Shown piece after piece: positions 1 to 6,514 of a stretch of DNA of 14,372 bases. The first letter of the stretch is position 1; each line of letters begins with the position of its first letter. The notes beneath the pieces were generated by a model. The model had not been told where the DNA came from, did not search any database, and saw only the letters and a program-made list of their open reading frames with translations. The position numbers were made by a program, and so were the translations under genes. The DNA comes from Elusimicrobiota bacterium (GTDB taxonomy: Bacteria > Elusimicrobiota > Elusimicrobia > Elusimicrobiales > UBA9959): positions 1-14,372 of the forward strand of contig JACQYT010000096.1 of NCBI GenBank assembly GCA_016208085.1, given 5' to 3'.

Positions 1-27
1 AGGTTTATCTAAGGGACTCCAGGGGAA

Positions 28-140
28 TTTTTAAAATGTCTCGTGTTGTCACTCTCACGAAAAAGCAAGAACTGATTTTGAGGGCCATAGATAAGAAACT
101 CATCAAGTTGTAATGAGTAAAAATCGCCCGGAATTCAGGT
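28..140. repeat. left copy of a ~110-bp imperfect inverted repeat; the right copy is at ~13650..13775 in reverse complement
   Basis: Hand alignment of 28-140 against the reverse complement of 13650-13775 gives about 78% identity across the small ORF. Similarity continues through the shared block aaatc(g/a)(c/g)gcggaattcaggt downstream of the stop codon. Confidence 0.5.
37..111 (+). CDS. small ORF, 25 aa (MSRVVTLTKKQELILRAIDKKLIKL), basic/amphipathic; has a diverged paralog at 13688..13765
   Basis: ATG at 37 and TAA at 109-111, followed immediately by TGA. A second inverted copy at 13688..13765 differs at 15 codons, 11 of them synonymous, which is the pattern expected under purifying selection on a coding sequence. 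The RVVTLT-KKQELILRAIDKK pattern resembles the beta-strand plus helix A of ribbon-helix-helix proteins, but the ORF is too short for a full fold. Confidence 0.4.
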
Positions 141-148
141 GTTATAAT
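140..148 (+). promoter_or_regulatory. extended -10 promoter element TGtTATAAT
   Basis: TGTTATAAT matches TGnTATAAT exactly. It lies about 180 nt upstream of the 326 ATG. The intervening 155-325 is GC-rich with several short hairpins (cccgc-acttca-gcggg, acccc-ttcc-ggggt, accgc-att-gcggt) and may be a structured leader. Confidence 0.3.
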
Positions 149-325
149 ATTCGTGTTCTGCCCGGTTGCGAGTTATTTATGCAAAACCCGGCAGACCCCG
201 CACTTCAGCGGGACCCCTTCCGGGGGTTTACCCACAGGTGGACACCGCATTGCGGTTTCCCCTACCTTTCAGAAAAAGCGCGGGGCGGGTCCGGGCCGCG
301 TTGCGCGCGGAGGGATTTAAGAGCA

Positions 326-885
326 TGCTTTTGGGAAAATTGTTATCGGGTTTAATGACCATCGTTCTTATATGGGGTCTGTATTCGCTGATGATAGCGT
401 TTTTTCCGGTTTTTTCCCGAAGTTGTTTCAGGACGGGCAGGCGGCTGCCCGGCCGCAGCCTGCTCAACGGCGGAGCGTTATTCGGCGGCTCCCTGGCCGT
501 CCTGTTCTGCCTGCTTTTTTTAACCCGCGGGGCCGGCGGCGTCGGCATCGGCGGGATATTCCTTATCTTCCAGATAGCCGGCCTGGCGGTGGGGCTTGTG
601 GCGCTGGGGGGATTGCTCGGGTTTATCGATACTGAAAAAAAACCGTACGGCGCGCTTGCATTGGGTATGGCGATGCTCTGGATCGTGCGGATGTTCTCTG
701 AAGGCGTTTCGAATATACTGTGCCTGCTGATAGGAATATACGGCGTCGGAGCTATAATCCTTTATTTCCGGGGGCAGGCTCCCGAAGCCCCGCGCTCGGA
801 AACGCTTACCGGCATGACGGCGCAGCCGCCTCCCGCGGCGGCGCCGGAACAGAAACCCGGGGCGCCGGAGAAAAAGTATCCCTGA
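326..885 (+). CDS. small integral membrane protein (about 5 predicted TM helices) with a Pro/Ala-rich C-terminal tail; function unknown
   Basis: The ORF track gives 166..885. The first 53 codons are Arg/Pro-rich and not protein-like. An internal ATG at 326 is preceded by GGAGGGA with a 9-nt spacer. The downstream protein is strongly hydrophobic with Gly-rich helices and ends PPPAAAPEQKPGAPEKKYP. Confidence 0.55.
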
Positions 886-909
886 GTTTATGGGCCGAGG
901 TGATTCTCT

Positions 910-1626
910 ATGATTTCTTTTACGACCGTCAGTGAAAAATTCAACCTGGACCTGGAGCCGAACTTCTCGGAATTGCTCGGCGATTATATTTTAAAGAAAT
1001 CAGGCACACAGGCATCCGCCGCCCAGCAGGATTGCATGTCGCGCCGGCTGAAATCCAATAAGCTTTCTTTGATTGGGTTGAAAGATTTGTTGGCCGGGCT
1101 GTCGGTAAAAGCGAGCTGGTGCGGAGAGCCGTCCCTGAAGCAGGGAGAACAGTTAAATCTTACTCATCTGGAGTCGCCGGATTGCGCCATGTCGCAGGGC
1201 TACACTCTTCTGAAAGCCATGTTCAATCAATTCGCGCCTAACGATATGTTCAGGGTCGCCTGGTCGTATATCGCGGAAGACGCCGAAAGAAAATACGGTG
1301 TTTTGTTCATCGAGAGACAGCGGGAGGAGCAAAAACAGGAAGAGAGCGCCATATATGAATTCTGGTCGTTTATTTATGTCAACTCACAGGACCGCATCAC
1401 GCACTACGCTCATCACCTGGATCATTTCGTGCTCGAGAAAAGTCTTCGGATGCAGCTCGTGTTTATGGGGTTCGGCAACACGGGAAACCTTATTGCACAA
1501 TGTAATCGGGATGCGAACCCGATGTTGATGTTCAAATTCAAGAACATCTTTAACAGCATTATCAATCCGCTTTATACATTCGTTCAGGACGGTCCCGGGC
1601 CGGGCGCTAACAGGACCGCGCCCTGA
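910..1626 (+). CDS. hypothetical cytoplasmic protein, 238 aa
   Basis: Long ORF with protein-like composition. GGTGA sits 6 nt upstream of the ATG. It follows the 885 stop after a 24-nt gap, so it is probably co-transcribed. No family recognised. Confidence 0.6.
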   Translation: MISFTTVSEKFNLDLEPNFSELLGDYILKKSGTQASAAQQDCMSRRLKSNKLSLIGLKDLLAGLSVKASWCGEPSLKQGEQLNLTHLESPDCAMSQGYTLLKAMFNQFAPNDMFRVAWSYIAEDAERKYGVLFIERQREEQKQEESAIYEFWSFIYVNSQDRITHYAHHLDHFVLEKSLRMQLVFMGFGNTGNLIAQCNRDANPMLMFKFKNIFNSIINPLYTFVQDGPGPGANRTAP

Positions 1627-1691
1627 TCGCGCGTGGGAGGCCGGCTGAAGCGCCACAAGGTCAATAATTCAACAGCCCGCCCCAGATTTAA

Positions 1692-1749
1692 AAAACCGTC
1701 CGCCTGACCTGCCTGCCGGTAGGCAGGGGCGGACGGTTTTCTTTTAACC
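1692..1749. terminator. bidirectional rho-independent terminator between convergent genes
   Basis: A 13-bp stem (aaaaccgtccgcc at 1692-1704 pairing with ggcggacggtttt at 1728-1740) encloses an inner 6-bp hairpin (cctgcc-ggta-ggcagg). It is followed by ttttctttt on the + strand and preceded by aaaaaa, which supplies the T-tract for the - strand. It sits between the 1626 stop and the 1773 stop. Confidence 0.7.
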
Positions 1750-1772
1750 GGGATTTTTGCCGCGCCGATTTT

Positions 1773-2495
1773 TTACTCCCGGCTGAAGCGTTCGTGGTAG
1801 GCGAAAATTATCGTGCCGCCTTTAAGCGTGTCTATCAGCTTTGTCCGCACCGACAGCTCTACGGCCGGGCAGCCCCAGCTGCGGCCGAGGGGAACTACGG
1901 AGGGGTTCACGTACTGCGCGCCGTGTATTACTATGGCGCGGGCCAAAGCGTTGCTGTTGGCGGAGCTGAGGCCGTGAAGCTTCAGCGAATAACCGTGCTG
2001 GCCGTCATAGGCGCTTCCGGTCCTGAAAAATCCGAGCGAAGTGGCGTGCGTGCCGTCATCATTTGAAAAGACAGTGGCGTAGCCTGTGTGCTTGGGGTCC
2101 GACCCCTTGCCGTGCGCTGCCAGGAACCGCTCCACGGCGCCGGTGCGCATATTGATGATATAAAATCTTTTGTTGTTCGCGTTTTGTGTGTAATCTATCA
2201 CCGACAGGTAGCCGGAATTGGGGATGCCGGCCAAGTTGGCCTTGTAATAACGCAGCGCCGCCGCCAGGGGCTTGGCCGGGACGATATGGCCGGGGTCCAC
2301 ATAGACGAATTCGTCTCCGGCGCGGGCTTCGGCGGCCGGGACGGGCGTTGCCGGCCCGGCCGGGCTTACCGCCGCGTCCAGGCTTTCGTAATTGCCGAGC
2401 AGGTCTTCCAGGGCGGAATTCTGCGCCGAGGCCGCGCCGCCAAAGCAAAGGGCCGCCAGGACCGCCGCCGAAGAGATTAGCAATTGCCTGTTCAT
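1773..2495 (-). CDS. secreted L,D-transpeptidase-like protein (YkuD-type catalytic motif H-x14-S-x-G-C)
   Basis: N-terminal signal peptide MNRQLLISSAAVLAALCFGGAASA-QN. The C-terminal half carries IHGAQYVNPSVVPLGRSWGCPAV, which fits the His...Ser-x-Gly-Cys active-site spacing of L,D-transpeptidase catalytic domains. Family assignment is by motif only. Confidence 0.55.
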   Translation of the reverse strand: MNRQLLISSAAVLAALCFGGAASAQNSALEDLLGNYESLDAAVSPAGPATPVPAAEARAGDEFVYVDPGHIVPAKPLAAALRYYKANLAGIPNSGYLSVIDYTQNANNKRFYIINMRTGAVERFLAAHGKGSDPKHTGYATVFSNDDGTHATSLGFFRTGSAYDGQHGYSLKLHGLSSANSNALARAIVIHGAQYVNPSVVPLGRSWGCPAVELSVRTKLIDTLKGGTIIFAYHERFSRE

Positions 2496-2729
2496 GAGAT
2501 ATTATTGCTGATGCGCGGCTTTCCGGCTAGTGTCAAAAGGTCCTGAATCCATTAGGCCCTTTAGCCCCCGGCAACATATAGATACACTACTTGTAATGGA
2601 GCTTTCCATTTCCCGGCGGTAAAAGACCGAAGGGCCCAGAAGGGCCTATGCCCGCGCCGGGAAATTAAGCGTTTATAAGGCCTAGCCGCGCGTAGGACAA
2701 AAAACTTCGGGAAAATGGGCTATTCGCCT

Positions 2730-2759
2730 CTGACGAAAATCCCGCCCGCGCGCTATACT
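2730..2759 (+). promoter_or_regulatory. candidate sigma70-type promoter (cTGACGa, 17-18 bp spacer, TATACT) giving a leaderless transcript for the 2766 gene
   Basis: TATACT at 2754-2759 ends 6 nt before the ATG at 2766. A TGACG -35-like hexamer lies 17-18 bp upstream. No Shine-Dalgarno (SD) sequence precedes the ATG. The same -10/6 nt/ATG geometry is seen at the toxin gene (6088). Confidence 0.35.
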
Positions 2760-2765
2760 ATTTGC

Positions 2766-5045
2766 ATGACGATCCTTAAACAGCTATCCAAACTCAGTTT
2801 GGCCGCAGTTTCACTCTCGCTTTTCTCCGCCTCCGGAGCAAAAGCCGCCGAGCTCTCTTTCGATGGAATGGACCGCGGGGCCGGCCTGGCCGCCGCGATG
2901 CAGGAACTGAAAGACCGGGCCGCAACCGGGGACGACAGCCGCGCCCCCGTTCCGTCCACCACCACCCAATCCAACGAGCTGACCAACTTTTTTGACCATC
3001 TCAAGGACGGCGCGCTGGACAGCCTCTGCAAAAAGGCGGAGATAAAGCTCAATAAAGACTTCAAACTCGTTGAGGTCATAGGCATAGACGGCGGGCTCAA
3101 GCGACGTCTTAAAGCTTTTCCCGACAAGCGGCTGGCCCTGCTGGACGAGATCAATCTTAAGCTCAGTGTCTCTTTCGGGACCGAAGTGCTGCAAGTGCCC
3201 AATGTCGGCTCTTTGAACATAGGTATAAGCGGCGGCGTGGAAGGCAAGTCGGTCGTCGTCCGCCCGCTGGACAGCACCAGGTACTGCAAGGAACTGGACA
3301 CCCTGATAAAGCTCTACGAGGTAAAGACCGTCCTTCCCGTAACCGCCAAGCGCATAAATAAGATGGAAAAGGGCGAGATCTGGAAGCTGCCAGTGACGGT
3401 CCACTACAGCATCAGCGCCGGAATAGGCACCATGATCAGCGAAGTGGTCAATGTCTCTATCGGGGCCGGCTATACCAGAGCGAAAAAGCCTTCCGTCAGC
3501 CTGTATAAGATGGATGAGAATAATTTAAGGCTGCGCCTGAGGCTGGACTATGTGAAGGTGAAAAGCGTCGGCGTCTCGGCCAACACGGTCGAGGTCCCGG
3601 TCGGCGACATAGGCCTGATCAGCGGTGAGAACCTGATAGCCACCACGGTCAACCGGGAACTGGCCAAAGAAATAAATAAGATGATAGCCTTCAAGTTGGC
3701 CTACAGCCATGCAATGACCAGCGGCCAGAAGCTGCTGCTTGAGTTCTACCTTGACCCCAATAACGCCGAACAGGTGGACAGGCTGGCGGAGTTTCTGCAG
3801 GGCGATTTCAACACTATCCGCAAGTTCATCGCGATGGGGCTGAAGTTCAACACCTTCTCCGAAGAGGCCAGCGGCCAGGCCGGCGTGGGCGAGATAGAGG
3901 AACTGGCGGACCAGGCCGGTTCCGAGCTGAACGCGACCTCCACTTTCGCCGGTTCCGACCACTATAACGGGAACAGCAATAACTTTAATATCAACATACC
4001 GGTCATACATAATCACCAGAACAGCTGGGCCTCCAGCTATCACCGCTACCAATCGCTTAACAACGACGGCGCCACCATCCATGTCCGGCAGCGGACCCGC
4101 GTCTCCAACGGCGATACAATCAACATCCCTTTAATCGGGACGGTGGTCAAGTATAATTCGCAGCAGCATATCTATGCGGTCAACAAGGAAGCCGCCGGCG
4201 GCGAAGTCTCAAGGCCCGTGCTGCTTTACCAGAAGTACGAAGGCTTTCTGCGGCAGGGCGATTCGACGGCACGCGGGATGATAGACGACGCCAATAACGT
4301 GCTGAAATACGCCGGCAGGCAGGGCAACGGCGTTGACATGAGCAACACACTTCCCTCGGCGGCTATCTTCCCGCCGCTGCCGCCCCAGGAATACACCAAT
4401 CAGAACAACGACTACATGCAATCCGACCCTGTAAAGACCTATAAAGCGGCCGTAATGTCCTTTAAGCTGGTATTCGCCCAAACAGCGGTGCAGGACATCA
4501 TCTTCGCGCCGGCCCAACTGATAATGAAATCCTTTATGAACGTGATGCGCGAGACCGAAGCCGCGATCATAGACAAGGTCATGGACCTGTTCACGATAAA
4601 TGAAAAGGGTAAAGTGGATTATGATTATAAGGCCGTGATCAAGCGCCTGGACGTGAGTCCATTCCCCGACAATAACAATAACGGCCAACCGACCCCGCTG
4701 GACATAGTCAGAAACCTGGCCTACGCGGCGACAAAGTTCATTGAAAGGATAGTCAGCGTCAGGGACGAATCCGACTTGAAAGCTCAGTCGGAGCGGCTGG
4801 CCAAGGTGGCCTCAAGCGGCGAGATGAAATACGAGGATTTCCTGAAAGTGGTCATCCAGATGGTGGATGTGAAGGATATTTCTTCCGAGATTTACATCCA
4901 CACCGACAAGCGCGTCAAGGACGAAGAGGACGTGACCCAGACCTACAGCATGTTCAACAACCGCGACAACGGCTTTGACAGCACAATAGCCGACGTGACC
5001 CAGATGCGGGAGCGCTTCAATGACCCCGGCGATCTGACGGACTGA
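2766..5045 (+). CDS. large secreted protein (759 aa) of unknown function, with amphipathic beta-hairpin-like segments
   Basis: Track ORF 2715..5045. The Met at 2766 begins a classical signal peptide (MTILKQLSKLSLAAVSLSLFSASGAKA-AE). There are no further hydrophobic helices. Segments such as VTVHYSISAGIGTMISEVVNVSIGAGYT alternate small/polar and hydrophobic residues. Asn-rich stretches and codon usage are visibly more A/T-rich than the neighbouring genes. Confidence 0.75.
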   Translation: MTILKQLSKLSLAAVSLSLFSASGAKAAELSFDGMDRGAGLAAAMQELKDRAATGDDSRAPVPSTTTQSNELTNFFDHLKDGALDSLCKKAEIKLNKDFKLVEVIGIDGGLKRRLKAFPDKRLALLDEINLKLSVSFGTEVLQVPNVGSLNIGISGGVEGKSVVVRPLDSTRYCKELDTLIKLYEVKTVLPVTAKRINKMEKGEIWKLPVTVHYSISAGIGTMISEVVNVSIGAGYTRAKKPSVSLYKMDENNLRLRLRLDYVKVKSVGVSANTVEVPVGDIGLISGENLIATTVNRELAKEINKMIAFKLAYSHAMTSGQKLLLEFYLDPNNAEQVDRLAEFLQGDFNTIRKFIAMGLKFNTFSEEASGQAGVGEIEELADQAGSELNATSTFAGSDHYNGNSNNFNINIPVIHNHQNSWASSYHRYQSLNNDGATIHVRQRTRVSNGDTINIPLIGTVVKYNSQQHIYAVNKEAAGGEVSRPVLLYQKYEGFLRQGDSTARGMIDDANNVLKYAGRQGNGVDMSNTLPSAAIFPPLPPQEYTNQNNDYMQSDPVKTYKAAVMSFKLVFAQTAVQDIIFAPAQLIMKSFMNVMRETEAAIIDKVMDLFTINEKGKVDYDYKAVIKRLDVSPFPDNNNNGQPTPLDIVRNLAYAATKFIERIVSVRDESDLKAQSERLAKVASSGEMKYEDFLKVVIQMVDVKDISSEIYIHTDKRVKDEEDVTQTYSMFNNRDNGFDSTIADVTQMRERFNDPGDLTD

Positions 5046-5080
5046 GGCGGCCAAGGTTTAAGGAAACGTCACGAAGTGAG

Positions 5081-5118
5081 CGCCCTCCGGGGGACCGGAG
5101 GGCGTTTTATTTGTGTTT
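5081..5118 (+). terminator. rho-independent terminator of the 2766..5045 gene
   Basis: A perfect 10-bp stem cgccctccgg (5081-5090) / ccggagggcg (5095-5104) with loop ggga, followed by ttttatttgtgttt. Confidence 0.85.
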
Positions 5119-5196
5119 CAAGCCAAAATCAACGCGACGTTATGCTGTCTGGGTGGTCTGATAGGATATTTGTGTGGATAATAGGAGGGATAAAAT

Positions 5197-5298
5197 ATGA
5201 CAAAGGATAAAAATATCAAGTCTTTTATGCCCGCTGAAGTGATTGAAAACAAGGGGGGAAAGGTAGCAGGCACCTTTTCTTTATCCTCCGGGCCTTAG
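5197..5298 (+). CDS. small ORF, 33 aa (MTKDKNIKSFMPAEVIENKGGKVAGTFSLSSGP)
   Basis: A GGAGG Shine-Dalgarno at 5184-5188 lies 8 nt upstream of the ATG at 5197. The stop TAG at 5296-5298 lies inside the left terminal repeat of the 5293..5451 element. No homolog recognised, and coding status is uncertain. Confidence 0.3.
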   Translation: MTKDKNIKSFMPAEVIENKGGKVAGTFSLSSGP

Positions 5299-5451
5299 GA
5301 GCCTCCGCAGAATAACTTGGACATCTGGAGGCACAGCCTTGAGTCGGATGCAAGGCGCGACGACGATAGTGTAGCAGCGCTACATTGAGGAGGAGCAACG
5401 CAGCAGCCGGCCAAAGATGTGCCTTCAAGTTATTCTGCGGAGGCTCCTTAG
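5293..5451. mobile_element. MITE-like element of 158 bp with 23-26-bp terminal inverted repeats
   Basis: Left arm aggagcctccgcagaataacttg (5297-5319) is the perfect reverse complement of the right arm caagttattctgcggaggctcct (5426-5448). The outer 3 nt match 2 of 3 (ctt against cta). The ~106-bp core has no long ORF and contains the short hairpin tgtagc-agc-gctaca. A degenerate second copy lies at 13531..13582. Confidence 0.5.
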
Positions 5452-5736
5452 CTCTATTATTAGCTTGCTTTTGACTGCCTGGGAAATCTCCCATAGGGTA
5501 TGGAGAGTGAGATTTTGCCCGCCCCGCTCTATCCGGGAGATAGTCTGCTGTTTCGTCCCCAGTTTCCTTGCCAGTTGAACCTGAGACATATGAGCGCGCT
5601 CGCGCGCCAAGGCAATCTGAACAGCTAAACGCGCTTCAATGTCCGCCTCTTCAAAGGCTTTCCGAAAACCGGGATCTTTTAGATCCTTTCTCAATACCTC
5701 GTTTAACGGAATCCCGGCTTGAATTTTTTTCTTCAT
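5425..5736 (-). CDS. higA: XRE-family helix-turn-helix antitoxin (HigA-like)
   Basis: Contains a canonical HTH (MSQVQLARKLGTKQQTISRIERGGQNLTLHTL). It starts 4 nt after the toxin stop (TAA-cgat-ATG), in the usual toxin-then-antitoxin hig order. The last 9 codons (ELRSLRRIT) are encoded by the right terminal repeat of the MITE-like element. Confidence 0.8.
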   Translation of the reverse strand: MKKKIQAGIPLNEVLRKDLKDPGFRKAFEEADIEARLAVQIALARERAHMSQVQLARKLGTKQQTISRIERGGQNLTLHTLWEISQAVKSKLIIELRSLRRIT

Positions 5737-5740
5737 ATCG

Positions 5741-6088
5741 TTAGTCCCCCTTCCTTCTTAACCAGTTCGCGAATGTCCGCTTGGAACGTTCAATCTCGGA
5801 CTTCGGCGCCACCTGCGTCTTCTTCAAGAAAGCATTGGTTATCAAAATTGTTTTACCACAAATCACATAAAGAAACCGGTGTTGATGATGCTCTATCGCA
5901 GGGCGAAGCTCACGGACATTCCTTTCCAACACATCGGCATAAGGCCTTGGTAAATTCGGTCCGTACTCCTGTAATAATGTAAGCCATTTCTTTGCTTTCG
6001 CCTCATGTTTTCTATTTAGGCTTTTAAGATAGTCTAAAGGCTGGCTGCATCCGTTTTCGTCCTGGTAGAATACGACTGTATAATCCAT
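5741..6088 (-). CDS. higB: RelE/ParE-superfamily toxin of the Gp49/HigB type (phage-related-protein family)
   Basis: The protein MDYTVVFYQDENGCSQPLDYLKSL...RELRP...HRFLYVICGKTILITNAFLKKTQVAPKSEIERSKRTF matches the Gp49-like HigB toxin pattern. The track ORF starts 6 codons upstream (6106), but those codons contain the -10 box. The start was placed at 6088 so the mRNA is leaderless. Confidence 0.8.
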   Translation of the reverse strand: MDYTVVFYQDENGCSQPLDYLKSLNRKHEAKAKKWLTLLQEYGPNLPRPYADVLERNVRELRPAIEHHQHRFLYVICGKTILITNAFLKKTQVAPKSEIERSKRTFANWLRRKGD

Positions 6089-6094
6089 AATATT

Positions 6095-6123
6095 AGTATA
6101 CAGCATATACGCTGTTTTGTCAA
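6095..6123 (-). promoter_or_regulatory. near-consensus sigma70 promoter (TTGACA, 17 bp spacer, TATACT) for higBA with a leaderless start
   Basis: Read on the minus strand: TTGACA (6123-6118), a 17-nt spacer, then TATACT (6100-6095). The -10 ends 6 nt before the ATG at 6088, so transcription is predicted to start at or next to the start codon. Confidence 0.6.
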
Positions 6124-6514
6124 GGGGGAAAGCAGGCGCCTTTTCCGGGTGTCTTTTTCCGCAGTGGAACTTCGTGATTATAAGTTGGCTGCGACCTTGG
6201 GGGTGGGGATGGATTTATCATCTGGGTTGGAATAAATATACAAAAAATAGCTGACCAAAAGGCCAGCCGGGGGGCGGCGGGGGTTTGCTGGTGCACGCCT
6301 TTCCGGCTTTCGGCCAAACTGTTGGAGCGAACCGCTATCATTCGGCGGCGGCGAGGACCGTATGTTCAAGCCGTCCGCCTAAAGCGGACGGCACGTTCCA
6401 CAGCCGGCGGAAACGGCTTGGCCGCTTCCCCATAAAGCCGGTCCCGGCGTGCGAGCGGCAAAACCCCGCCGGCACCCCGACCAATTATACAATAAGCGTT
6501 AGTATTGGAAAAAA

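Noticed and set aside
166-325. N-terminal 53-codon extension of the 166..885 ORF
   Set aside because: Arg/Pro-rich and not protein-like. An internal ATG at 326 has a GGAGGGA SD, and the hydrophobic protein begins there.
2059-2497. Three overlapping ORFs (129, 130 and 103 aa) inside the L,D-transpeptidase-like gene
   Set aside because: They are Arg/Pro/Gly-rich junk frames of GC-rich sequence. The 240-aa minus-strand frame has a signal peptide and a catalytic motif and explains the region.
2715-2765. Upstream start (MGYSPLTKIPPARYTIC) for the large secreted protein
   Set aside because: The signal peptide begins exactly at the Met at 2766. The extension contains the predicted -10 box and would bury the signal peptide.
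5417-5578. 53-codon + strand ORF starting inside the MITE core (MCLQVILRRLLSS...)
   Set aside because: It is antisense to the antitoxin CDS. The nearest GAGGAGG is about 20 nt from the ATG, which is too far.
5575-5600. acctgaga... resembling part of the TPP riboswitch core
   Set aside because: It lies inside the antitoxin coding sequence and lacks the remaining conserved thi-box segments.
6089-6106. Six-codon N-terminal extension (MLYTNI) of the toxin ORF
   Set aside because: These codons are the TATACT -10 box and its spacer. The Gp49/HigB-type homology starts at MDYTVVFYQ.
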